Shown piece by piece: positions 25,816-35,159 of a stretch of 56,791 bases of DNA; the first letter of the stretch is position 1; every line of letters starts with the position of its first letter. Where the stretch lies: IMG/VR virus record IMGVR_UViG_3300030060_005193, positions 1 to 56,791 of that record; one strand, given 5' to 3'. The notes beneath the pieces are model-generated. The model had not been told where the DNA came from. It searched no databases and worked only from the letters and a program-made list of their open reading frames with translations. Source of the stretch: a virus. Its lineage: Duplodnaviria > Caudoviricetes. The translations under genes were made by a program, and so were the position numbers.

Positions 25816-27567
25816 ATGAAACGACTATTATTACCTGTGCTTATAATACTGTCTTTACCATTACTATTTCAAAGCACGCCAACAGAAATATTAAAACTCA
25901 AAACTTTTGATGCTTTAATACAAACACCAGAAGAATCAAGTAACTTTGTCATACTTAACATAACAGAAGAAGATGTAGAACGTGAAGGGGGTTGGCCCTT
26001 ACCTAGACAAAGATTAGCTGAAATACAACTGCAAATATTAGGTAAAGGTGCTGTTGGCGTTGGCTGGGTTATTAGTTTTCCACAAGCGGATAGGATGGGA
26101 GGTGATGAAGATTTTGGAAGGTCTTTAGGCTACGCTCCATCCGTAATAGCTATGTTTGAAGACGGTCAGGGTAAATATCCAGAATCAACTGGCACAGTTG
26201 TCATGGGTAATGATAATGGTGGTATAGTATCAATGGGAGTTAAGGAAAATCTTAACACTCTTAAAAATAATACATTACAAGGTTTAGCCGTTGCTCCCAC
26301 TGACTTAGACCAACTTGTCAGAAGAATACCTTTATTAGTAAAAACCCCTGAAAACGAGTGGATTCCTAGTTTTGGCACACAAATATATAAAGCTTTATTT
26401 AATGTTAAAACTTATATTATAAAAACTAATGATAATGGAATATCAGAAATATCAATAAGAGGAATACCACCTGTTAAAACAGATAGTCTTGGTCGCAAAT
26501 GGATTAGTTGGGTAGATACGCCACAAACAGATTTACAAGAAATGGCAGTAAATGGCAAGTTTGTGTTTGTTGGTGTTACTGCAAATGGCGTGATGCCACA
26601 AGTAGCTACTCCAGTTGGATTGCTAGAGCCACACAAGATTCAAGCAGCACTTGCAGAATCAATATTAATACAAGATAGTCCTTTTATACCTGATTGGGCA
26701 ATAGCGGTAGAGCTTGTTATATTTTTAGTTACAGTAAGTCTTATATGGCTTGTTTTAATACGCTTTGGGATTACATGGGGAATTATATTAGGCTTGGGAA
26801 TTATGGTTTCTACTGGCTATCTTGGATATTATCTTATAAAAACAAATTTGCTTGTTGATGTAACCTGGTCTTTAATTTCACAGTTTATTACAGGAACTAC
26901 AGCATTTTACATAAGATTTAGAGAGCAGTTTAAGTTAAGACTGCAAATTAAAAAACAGTTTGAACATTATCTTGACCCACGACAAGTTAAAAAATTACAA
27001 GATAATCCTGATTTGTTAAAACTTGGCGGCGAAAAAAAATACTGCACGTTCTTGTTCACCGACGTTAGGGGGTTTACAAATTTGTCCGAGAAGTTAGAGC
27101 CTGAACAGGTAACAGACATAATGAATAAAGTATTAACTGCACAAGTCACTTGCATACAGGCACATAAAGGAATGGTAGATAAATTTATAGGTGATTCATG
27201 TATGGCAATATTTGGAGCACCATTAGATTTAGACGAACACGAAAAAAGAGCAGTAGCTTGCGCCCAAGATATGCGTACTGCAATTACACAGCTACAAAAA
27301 GAATTGCCAGAGCCAGTAGCTATTGGTATAGGTGTAAACTCTGGCGAGGCAGTAGTGGGTAACATGGGTTCTAATACAAGGTTTGATTTTTCTGCTATTG
27401 GCGATGCAGTAAATGTTGCTGCAAGACTAGAGTCTGCAACAAAAGAAGCTGGTGTTGACATCTTAATTGGTAAAAATACTGCAAAAAATTGTAAAAATGT
27501 ATTAAAATTACCAAAACCTATTAAAGTAAAAGGTAAAACGAAGGCTTTACAAATATGGACAGTTTAA
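25816..27567 (+). CDS. CHASE2-domain membrane adenylate/guanylate cyclase (class III)
   Basis: GGWPLPR and DQLVRRIPL (CHASE2), three TMs, FTDVRGFT, DKFIGD, SAIGDAVNVAARLE. Confidence 0.92.
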   Translation: MKRLLLPVLIILSLPLLFQSTPTEILKLKTFDALIQTPEESSNFVILNITEEDVEREGGWPLPRQRLAEIQLQILGKGAVGVGWVISFPQADRMGGDEDFGRSLGYAPSVIAMFEDGQGKYPESTGTVVMGNDNGGIVSMGVKENLNTLKNNTLQGLAVAPTDLDQLVRRIPLLVKTPENEWIPSFGTQIYKALFNVKTYIIKTNDNGISEISIRGIPPVKTDSLGRKWISWVDTPQTDLQEMAVNGKFVFVGVTANGVMPQVATPVGLLEPHKIQAALAESILIQDSPFIPDWAIAVELVIFLVTVSLIWLVLIRFGITWGIILGLGIMVSTGYLGYYLIKTNLLVDVTWSLISQFITGTTAFYIRFREQFKLRLQIKKQFEHYLDPRQVKKLQDNPDLLKLGGEKKYCTFLFTDVRGFTNLSEKLEPEQVTDIMNKVLTAQVTCIQAHKGMVDKFIGDSCMAIFGAPLDLDEHEKRAVACAQDMRTAITQLQKELPEPVAIGIGVNSGEAVVGNMGSNTRFDFSAIGDAVNVAARLESATKEAGVDILIGKNTAKNCKNVLKLPKPIKVKGKTKALQIWTV

Positions 27568-27568
27568 A

Positions 27569-27967
27569 ATGATGCAACAAATATTTATAGGCATAATTTT
27601 AGTTTTAGGATTGGGTTGTTATTGGCTGTACCAAGAAAACTCAACTCTTAAAGCTAACAACCAAGCTTTAGAAGGTGCTATAGCTACACAGGAAGCAACA
27701 ATTAAATCAATTCAAGCTGACTTTGAGCTACAAACGAAACAGATGAATGAACTATCAATTAAAAGCCAAGAGGCACAAAGAGAACTTAGTAGATACACAC
27801 AATTTATACAAAACTATGAATTATCTACAAAAATACTGGCAGACCCAGTAGAAATGCAAAGGAAGATAAATAATGGTACAAAACATATCATGGAAAACAT
27901 TGAGGAAATTAGCAGTGATGTTGATGGCCTTGATGATGGTTTACAGTTGCAGCCTGATACCGACTAG
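27569..27967 (+). CDS. Putative inner-membrane spanin (Rz-like)
   Basis: N-terminal TM plus long coiled coil; overlapped by a lipoprotein gene. Confidence 0.6.
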   Translation: MMQQIFIGIILVLGLGCYWLYQENSTLKANNQALEGAIATQEATIKSIQADFELQTKQMNELSIKSQEAQRELSRYTQFIQNYELSTKILADPVEMQRKINNGTKHIMENIEEISSDVDGLDDGLQLQPDTD

Positions 27968-28262
27968 GCAAATAGAAGTATCAGCAAAACCCATAGATAG
28001 GAAAATAGTACAACCTATTATGCCTAGAGAAATAGACTTACAAGAACCTTTATGGATTGTGGTAACTCCTGAAAACTATGAACAACAACTAGCCTTTATA
28101 GAAGAACAAGAAGGAGAGTTAGTATTTCTTGCTATGACAATTCCTGACTACGAAGTTATGGCATATAACATGCAAGAAATTAAAAGGTACATAACTGAAC
28201 TTAAAGATGTGGTGGTGTATTATAGAAAAGTAACAACAACACAGGAGAAAGAAAATGAGTAA
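27873..28262 (+). CDS. Putative outer-membrane spanin lipoprotein (Rz1-like); true start probably 27900-27918
   Basis: Lipobox-like VYSC, Pro-rich segment, overlap with the i-spanin 3' end. Confidence 0.6.
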   Translation: MVQNISWKTLRKLAVMLMALMMVYSCSLIPTRQIEVSAKPIDRKIVQPIMPREIDLQEPLWIVVTPENYEQQLAFIEEQEGELVFLAMTIPDYEVMAYNMQEIKRYITELKDVVVYYRKVTTTQEKENE

Positions 28263-28650
28263 TTCACCAGAGGCATTTGTATATAAATGTAAACTTAAGT
28301 CTGTAACTGACGGCGATACAGTAAGACTACAAACTATTGATTTAGGCTTTTCTGTTCAATTACATAATAAGGCTGTCAGAATAAATGGTATTGACACACC
28401 AGAAAGCCGTATAAATATAAAAAAATACCCAGAACGAACAAAAGAAAAAGAACTAGGCTTATTAGCTAAACAAAAATTGAAAGAATGGCTGGTAGGTGAT
28501 ATAACACTAAAATCTTATGGGACAGATAAATATGGAAGAGTTTTAGGTGACATATTCTGCGATAAAGGAAATATTGCTGAATTGCTTGAAAAAGAGAATC
28601 TTGCCGTACCTTATTTCGGTGGGACAAAAACAAAAAAATGGGGAGAATAA
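28255..28650 (+). CDS. Thermonuclease (SNase-like)
   Basis: DGDT, RINGIDTPE, DKYGRVLG. Confidence 0.88.
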   Translation: MSNSPEAFVYKCKLKSVTDGDTVRLQTIDLGFSVQLHNKAVRINGIDTPESRINIKKYPERTKEKELGLLAKQKLKEWLVGDITLKSYGTDKYGRVLGDIFCDKGNIAELLEKENLAVPYFGGTKTKKWGE

Positions 28651-28651
28651 T

Positions 28652-29101
28652 ATGAATATTTCACAAGAAGGGTTAGCACTAATTAAAAAATTTGAAGGGT
28701 GTGAACTTGATGCCTACAAATGTGCGGCTGGGGTATGGACAATCGGCTACGGCTCAACTAAAGGAGTCAAAGATGGTGACAGCATCACACAAGAAGAAGC
28801 AGACAACTTATTACTGCACGAAATGGAAGAGTATGAAGGCTACATAAACGACATGGTTGAAAATAAATTAAAACAAAATGAATTTGATGCTTTAGTTTCG
28901 TGGGTTTTTAATCTTGGTCCAGCAAACTTAAAAAGCTCAACTCTATTAAAAGTTTTAAATAGTTCACATCCAGATTGGAATGATATTCCTGCACAAATAA
29001 AAAGATGGAACAAAGCTGGTGGTAAAGTTTTACAAGGTCTTATAAGAAGAAGAGAGGCAGAGGCCTTACTATTTGAAGGTAAAGAATGGCACGACGTTTG
29101 A
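28652..29101 (+). CDS. Endolysin (GH24 phage lysozyme)
   Basis: IKKFEG, WTIGYG, FDALVSW.FNLG, GLIRRREAE; start moved to MNISQEG. Confidence 0.93.
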   Translation: MNISQEGLALIKKFEGCELDAYKCAAGVWTIGYGSTKGVKDGDSITQEEADNLLLHEMEEYEGYINDMVENKLKQNEFDALVSWVFNLGPANLKSSTLLKVLNSSHPDWNDIPAQIKRWNKAGGKVLQGLIRRREAEALLFEGKEWHDV

Positions 29102-29136
29102 CGATGTGTAATACTAGCATAAGGCGTTTACGCTTA

Positions 29137-29181
29137 GAGCTAGGTTGCAAAAGTTATCGTCGCTACCTTGTGACTTAGCTC
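29137..29181 (+). other. RNA hairpin directly upstream of the terL start
   Basis: 14-bp stem GAGCTAGGTTGCAA/TTGTGACTTAGCTC with three G-U pairs. Confidence 0.5.
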
Positions 29182-29185
29182 GTTT

Positions 29186-30670
29186 ATGAAAGATGTCTCA
29201 TTTAAAGATTTTGATATTCTTTCTGAACAGGATAAATCAGAAGCCGTAGCTTTATTACAAAGATACGACCAGCTTGAAAAACAAGACGACTGTCAAAATG
29301 ATTTTATAAGTTTTCTAAATCACATGTGGCCTGATTTTATTGAAGGCAGACATCATAAAATAATTGCAGACAAATTTAATCGTATAGCAGAAGGCAAACT
29401 AAAACGTTTAATTGTATGCTTACCACCCAGACACTCTAAATCTGAATTTGCATCAACATTTTTTCCTGCATGGATGATGGGGAGACGTGGCAACTTAAAA
29501 ATTATACAAACAACACACACAGCTGAATTAGCTGTTAGGTTCGGTCGTAAGGTAAGAAATATTATAGATAGCACAGAGTATCAACACATATTTCCAGATT
29601 TAAAACTACAAGCAGATAACAAATCAGCTGGTCGTTGGACAAGTAACCAAGAGGGTGAGTTTTTCGCAGCTGGTGTTGGTGGTGCAATTACAGGTCGTGG
29701 TGCTGATTTATTAATAATTGATGACCCTCATAGTGAACAAGATGCTTTGTCACCTAAATCTTTGGAATCAGCTTATGAATGGTACACATCTGGTCCTAGA
29801 CAGCGTTTACAGCCTGGAGGCATCATAGTTATAGTTATGACTAGATGGAGTACAAAAGACTTGGTTGGAAAAGTTTTAAAAAAACAAGGCGATGAAAATG
29901 CAGATAAATGGGAGGTAGTAGAGTTTCCTGCAATCATGCCAGAATCAGATAAACCTCTTTGGCCAGAGTTTTGGAAAAAAGAAGAGTTGTTAGGGGTAAA
30001 AGCATCACTGCCCATATCTAAATGGAATAGCCAATGGATGCAAAACCCAACAGCAGAAGAAGGCTCTATAGTAAAAAGGGAGTGGTGGAATAGATGGGAG
30101 GATGAAGATGTACCACCATATAGTTATGTAATACAAAGTTATGATACTGCTTTTTCTAAAAAAGAAACTGCGGACTACTCAGCTATTACAACTTGGGCAA
30201 TTTTTAATCGTGGCGACGAAAACAACGACGAAATAATTTTATTAGATGCAAAAAGACTAAGATGTGATTTTCCTGAATTAAAAAAACTTGCATTAGAAGA
30301 ATATAGATATTGGGAACCAGATTGTGTTTTGATTGAGGCTAAAGCCTCTGGAACACCTCTTACACATGAACTAAGGCGTATGGGCATACCAGTTACATCT
30401 TACTCACCCAGTAGAGGACAGGATAAAATAGCACGTATGAATAGTGTTGCACCTATATTTGAGTCTGGAATGGTTTGGGCACCCGAAGATGATTTTGCAG
30501 ATGATGTTATAGAGGAAATGGCATCTTTTCCATTTGGTGATTATGACGATTTTTGTGATAGTGCTACAATGGCTTTAATGAGATTTCGTCAAGGCGGTTT
30601 TATATCTTTATATGAAGATTATCAAGACGAAGTAAAATTACTAAGTAAAAATAGGACGGTTTACTATTGA
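29186..30670 (+). CDS. terL: Terminase large subunit
   Basis: PPRHSKS Walker A variant, LLIIDDP Walker B, YDTA and DDFCDS nuclease residues. Confidence 0.95.
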   Translation: MKDVSFKDFDILSEQDKSEAVALLQRYDQLEKQDDCQNDFISFLNHMWPDFIEGRHHKIIADKFNRIAEGKLKRLIVCLPPRHSKSEFASTFFPAWMMGRRGNLKIIQTTHTAELAVRFGRKVRNIIDSTEYQHIFPDLKLQADNKSAGRWTSNQEGEFFAAGVGGAITGRGADLLIIDDPHSEQDALSPKSLESAYEWYTSGPRQRLQPGGIIVIVMTRWSTKDLVGKVLKKQGDENADKWEVVEFPAIMPESDKPLWPEFWKKEELLGVKASLPISKWNSQWMQNPTAEEGSIVKREWWNRWEDEDVPPYSYVIQSYDTAFSKKETADYSAITTWAIFNRGDENNDEIILLDAKRLRCDFPELKKLALEEYRYWEPDCVLIEAKASGTPLTHELRRMGIPVTSYSPSRGQDKIARMNSVAPIFESGMVWAPEDDFADDVIEEMASFPFGDYDDFCDSATMALMRFRQGGFISLYEDYQDEVKLLSKNRTVYY

Positions 30671-30858
30671 AGACTTTTGCAACTACTTTTGAATGGGATG
30701 GCGTTCTACATGCGGGTCCACTAATACATGCAGAAAATTTTGAACAAGCAAAATTAATAGCAGAGTATCATGGCCTTTTGATTGATGGTGAATTAGAGGC
30801 TATCATAGGAAGTGAAATTGGTTTGGAATCAAGAACAAACAAAAGGGTAATACATTAA
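30667..30858 (+). CDS. Hypothetical protein
   Basis: TTG start overlapping the terL stop; fills the gap to the portal. Confidence 0.5.
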   Translation: MKTFATTFEWDGVLHAGPLIHAENFEQAKLIAEYHGLLIDGELEAIIGSEIGLESRTNKRVIH

Positions 30859-30860
30859 TT

Positions 30861-33350
30861 ATGGCTATAGACAAACAATTAGGAACACAAAACGACCCAG
30901 ATATTAGAAGAACTGGGTCTGCTGTTGAAATAGTACCAGAAACAACTAGAGACGAACAAATTGCTGCTGCCGCACAAATATTGGTTGACGAGGAACAGGT
31001 TTTAATAGACGAAGAAATAGCTCCAGAAGTGCAACCAGAAATGAGCTTTGATGCTAACCTGGTTGATTTTATAGATGAAAATACTTTAGAAAAAATATCA
31101 AGTGATTTATTAGATTCTATTAGCGGAGATAAAGAATCAAGAAGTGAATGGGAAAAGACATACACTGATGGTCTAAAATATTTAGGTATGAAGTTTGACG
31201 AAACCAGGTCGCAACCTTTTGAGGGTAGTTCTGGCGTAGTTCATCCGATTTTGGCAGAGGCGGTTACACAGTTTCAAGCACAAGCTTATAAAGAAATGTT
31301 ACCAGCCAAAGGCCCAGTTAAAACTGAAATAGTAGGCGCTAGAACTATAGAAACAGAAAATCAAGCTGAAAGAGTCCAAGAATTTATGAATTATTATATT
31401 CTTAATAGAATGGAAGAGTACGACCCTGAGCTTGACCAAATGCTTTTTTACTTACCTCTTGCTGGTTCTTGTTTTAAAAAAATATATTTTGATTTTGTTT
31501 TAAACAGAGCAGTTGCTAAATTTATTGCACCAGAAGATTTAATAGTGCCATACGAGGCTACAGACATAAGTTCAGCTGAAAGAATTACACATGTAATAAG
31601 CATGTCATCCAATGAAATTAAAAAACAACAAGTTACTGGTTTTTATGCGAACGTAGACATCGGCTCTGGCAGTTATAGTGAAGATATGTCAGATATATCA
31701 GAGGCTATAGATGAGATACAAGGTGTTTCTTCTTCATATAAAGAAAATAGAAATAGAACCGTATATGAAGTACATACAGTATTGGATGTAGAGGGTTTTG
31801 AAGATACAAACCAAGATGGCTCAGAAACAGGACTAAAGTTACCATATATTGTAACTATTGAAGAAGACTCACAGCAAATACTATCAATTAGAAGAAACTA
31901 CCAACAAAACGACCCACTTAAAAATAAAATAAATTATTTCGTGCAGTACAAGTTTTTACCTGGTCTTGGATTTTATGGTCTTGGGTTATCTCACATGATT
32001 GGTGGACTATCAAAAGCTTCAACATCTATACTAAGACAACTTATTGACGCTGGTACTCTTGCTAATTTACCTGCTGGTTTTAAAGCTAGAGGTATGAGAA
32101 TAAGAGATGAGGACGACCCATTACAACCAGGTGAGTTTAGAGATATTGATACCACTGGCGGCTCTTTAAGAGAAAACCTAATACCACTGCCAATAAAAGA
32201 ACCAAGTAACGTTTTGATGCAACTTTTAGGCATTTTGGTTGACTCTGGTAAGCGTTTTGCAGCAATAGCTGATATGAATGTTGGTGATATGAACCAAGCT
32301 ATGCCAGTTGGAACAACTGTTGCTTTATTAGAGCGTGGCACAAAAGTAATGAGCGCAATCCATAAAAGATTACATTACGCTCAAAGAATTGAGTTTGGGT
32401 TGCTTGCAAAAGTTTTTAGCGAGTACCTACCTCCAGTTTATAACTATCAAGTTGGCTCTGGGCCACAAGAAGTAAAACAAATGGACTTTGATGACAGAGT
32501 TGACATCATACCTATATCTGACCCAAACATATTTTCACAAAGCCAAAGAGTTACATTAGCACAAGAATTATTGCAAATGGTACAGTCTAATCCAGAAATA
32601 CATGGACCTATGGGTGTTTATGAAGCATATAAAAGAATGTACTCAGCTTTAGGTGTTGATAACGTAGATGCTTTGTTACAACCACCTCCAGATATGACAC
32701 CTAAACCAGTTGATGCTGGGCAAGAAAATGCTGGCTTACTTTTAGGTCAACCTGCTCAAGCTTTTCCAGAACAAAACCATGAGGCGCATTTAGAGGCACA
32801 TAAAAGCCTATTTTTAACAGAAATAGTAAAACAAAGTCCACAAGTGCAAGCTTTGATAATAAGTCACTGTATGCAACATTTACAATTTTTAGCAGGACAA
32901 ATGGCACAAGAACAAATGCCTCCAGAAGTCCAACAAAGAATACAAGAAATTCAGGCACAAATGCAGCAAGTAAGTCCAGAAGAGGCCGCACAAATACAGC
33001 AGCAAATACAAATGATTGTTGAACAATATAGTTCATCTATCATGGCTGAATTAACAAGCGAATTTTTACAATCAATAGGCGTAGGTGGCAGCGAAGACCC
33101 ATTAGTTGATATAAGAAAAAGAGAACTTGACCTAAAAGATAAAGAGTTAGATATGGAATCTGACCAATTTGATGTAAAACAAAATCAAAGACAACAAGAA
33201 AAAATGATGGATAGCCAATACCAACAGCAAAGACTAGATGTGCAAAAACAAATAGCAGATGATAAACTTGATGTGGCTATTAATAGACTTAAACAAAATG
33301 CTGACTTAAAATTATTAGAGTTAGAAAATAAAATACGGGGAATACAATGA
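30861..33350 (+). CDS. Portal protein (P22-like, long Q-rich C-terminus)
   Basis: Follows terL; size; GFYGLGL, RQLIDAGTLAN, PVGTTVALLE. Confidence 0.85.
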   Translation: MAIDKQLGTQNDPDIRRTGSAVEIVPETTRDEQIAAAAQILVDEEQVLIDEEIAPEVQPEMSFDANLVDFIDENTLEKISSDLLDSISGDKESRSEWEKTYTDGLKYLGMKFDETRSQPFEGSSGVVHPILAEAVTQFQAQAYKEMLPAKGPVKTEIVGARTIETENQAERVQEFMNYYILNRMEEYDPELDQMLFYLPLAGSCFKKIYFDFVLNRAVAKFIAPEDLIVPYEATDISSAERITHVISMSSNEIKKQQVTGFYANVDIGSGSYSEDMSDISEAIDEIQGVSSSYKENRNRTVYEVHTVLDVEGFEDTNQDGSETGLKLPYIVTIEEDSQQILSIRRNYQQNDPLKNKINYFVQYKFLPGLGFYGLGLSHMIGGLSKASTSILRQLIDAGTLANLPAGFKARGMRIRDEDDPLQPGEFRDIDTTGGSLRENLIPLPIKEPSNVLMQLLGILVDSGKRFAAIADMNVGDMNQAMPVGTTVALLERGTKVMSAIHKRLHYAQRIEFGLLAKVFSEYLPPVYNYQVGSGPQEVKQMDFDDRVDIIPISDPNIFSQSQRVTLAQELLQMVQSNPEIHGPMGVYEAYKRMYSALGVDNVDALLQPPPDMTPKPVDAGQENAGLLLGQPAQAFPEQNHEAHLEAHKSLFLTEIVKQSPQVQALIISHCMQHLQFLAGQMAQEQMPPEVQQRIQEIQAQMQQVSPEEAAQIQQQIQMIVEQYSSSIMAELTSEFLQSIGVGGSEDPLVDIRKRELDLKDKELDMESDQFDVKQNQRQQEKMMDSQYQQQRLDVQKQIADDKLDVAINRLKQNADLKLLELENKIRGIQ

Positions 33351-33625
33351 CAACATCATATAAATTAGAAGCTATAGCAAAATTAAAAGCTGAAAAAAAA
33401 CAAATGCGCCAGCAAGAAGCTATAGAGTTAAAACAACAACAAGAGGCAGAAGATAAGGCACATCAAGAAAATATGTCTAGGATTGCAAAAAAAATGGCTA
33501 TAATTAATGGTGAACAAGTTGTTGAAGAAAAACCTAAAAAACAGGTTAAAAAATCGCAACCAAAAAAAACTACTGCAAAAAAACCAGCAGCAAAAAAAAG
33601 AGGTAGGCCAAAAAAAAGCAAATAA
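33347..33625 (+). CDS. Lys-rich hypothetical protein
   Basis: Ends with AT-hook-like KKRGRPKK. Confidence 0.6.
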   Translation: MTTSYKLEAIAKLKAEKKQMRQQEAIELKQQQEAEDKAHQENMSRIAKKMAIINGEQVVEEKPKKQVKKSQPKKTTAKKPAAKKRGRPKKSK

Positions 33626-33808
33626 ATGGACGATATACAACTAATTGAAAAAATAAAAAGAACTATATCTGAAAGAGAAGAGCAAATACAAGAAACATTA
33701 ATGTCTGGTGGATTAAAAGATATTGAACATTATAAGTATTTGCAAGGAGAGCTTTCTGCTTTATACTATATTGCAAACGCAATAAGTGACATAGGCAAAG
33801 ATATATGA
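33626..33808 (+). CDS. Small head-module protein
   Basis: YKYLQG motif; between portal and GroES-like gene. Confidence 0.6.
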   Translation: MDDIQLIEKIKRTISEREEQIQETLMSGGLKDIEHYKYLQGELSALYYIANAISDIGKDI

Positions 33809-34245
33809 CAGATGTGCAAAAAAATAACGTAATGGCAAAAAAATTAGCAGAGGCTTACGTTGAACCAGATGCAATAGTGTTGGACCCAGAAAAATTAGAT
33901 AAATCAATTTTAGATAGGATGCCACAACCAACAGGTTGGAGAATGTTAGTTTTACCTTATGCTGGTAAAGCAAAAACAGAAGGTGGTATTTTACTTACAA
34001 AACAAACAACAGACCGTGAAGCGCTAGCTACAGTTGTAGCTTATGTGGTTAAAAAAGGCCCGCTTTGCTACAATAATAAAAACCGTTACGGAGATAGTCC
34101 GTGGTGTGAAGAAAAACAATGGGTTTTAATAGGGCGTTACTCTGGCTCTAGGTTTAAACTTGAAGATGGTGCAGAGGTTAGAATTATCAATGATGATGAG
34201 GTTATAGCCACCATTCTCAATCCAGATGATATAGTGAGCTTATGA
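33805..34245 (+). CDS. groES: Co-chaperonin GroES-like protein
   Basis: PTGWRMLV, TEGGILL, GRYSG, RIINDDEVIA. Confidence 0.8.
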   Translation: MTDVQKNNVMAKKLAEAYVEPDAIVLDPEKLDKSILDRMPQPTGWRMLVLPYAGKAKTEGGILLTKQTTDREALATVVAYVVKKGPLCYNNKNRYGDSPWCEEKQWVLIGRYSGSRFKLEDGAEVRIINDDEVIATILNPDDIVSL

Positions 34246-35159
34246 CGATAGAAAATGAAAACAAAGAAATTCAACCAGAGGTTGAAGAAATACAGGTAGA
34301 GGTTACTGATTCTGAATCACAGGAGGTATCTCAAAATGCTTCTAGTGAAGATGAACTTGAAAATTACACAAAAGGTGTATCTAAAAGAATTAATAAATTA
34401 AATGCTAGAAAAAGAGCTGCTGAGGAAAAAGCACAAGTTTTAGAGCAAGCATTACAGCAAAAAGAGGCTGAGGTACATAATTATTATCAGCACGCGGTTC
34501 ATGCACAACAAAATTCTCTTGCTAAAGATGAAGAATTAATGTCTATAAAAGAACGTCAGGCAAATGAATTATTTAAAAAAGCACATGAGTCTGGTGATGC
34601 TGAAATGATTTCTAAGGCAGATAGTCTTAAAAATGAAGTTTCTATACAAAAAGAAAAAGTAAGAATAGCAAAACAAAGACAGGAAGAATCATATAATCAA
34701 ACACAAGCACAACCACAAGTACAAGCGCAACCGCGGCCACAAGAACAACCAAGCCCAACACAAGAAGCTTTAGATTGGGCATCTGAAAACAAATGGTTCG
34801 GTGAAAATGCAGAAGCAACACAATATGCGCAATTTACTCATGTAAATTTAGTTAATGAAGGATTTGAACCAGATTCAAATGAGTATTACAATGAATTAAA
34901 CCAAAGAATTAATAAAGTTTATCCCGATTTAAAATCGGATAATGCTGAACAAAGTGAGGGCAGACCCGCTGTGCAAAGAGTCGCCTCAGCCTCCGTAGGA
35001 GGTCGGCAAAAAACACAAGGCAAAAAGAACGGTGTGCAATTTTCAAAAACAGAAGTTGACAGACTCCGTGGATTAAAGCCATACGGCATGACAGAAGACG
35101 TTTGGTTAAAATCCGTTGCTAAAGAAAAACAACGAATTGCATCTAGGGAGGCAAAATGA
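34242..35159 (+). CDS. Putative scaffolding protein
   Basis: Acidic coiled coil, KRINKL, WASENKWF; upstream of capsid genes. Confidence 0.65.
   Translation: MTIENENKEIQPEVEEIQVEVTDSESQEVSQNASSEDELENYTKGVSKRINKLNARKRAAEEKAQVLEQALQQKEAEVHNYYQHAVHAQQNSLAKDEELMSIKERQANELFKKAHESGDAEMISKADSLKNEVSIQKEKVRIAKQRQEESYNQTQAQPQVQAQPRPQEQPSPTQEALDWASENKWFGENAEATQYAQFTHVNLVNEGFEPDSNEYYNELNQRINKVYPDLKSDNAEQSEGRPAVQRVASASVGGRQKTQGKKNGVQFSKTEVDRLRGLKPYGMTEDVWLKSVAKEKQRIASREAK

Noticed and set aside
22240-27567. Bacterial contamination explaining the curli/cyclase genes
   Set aside because: Both ends abut or overlap phage-type membrane and spanin genes, and the region shows the same GAC-C codon bias as the rest of the genome
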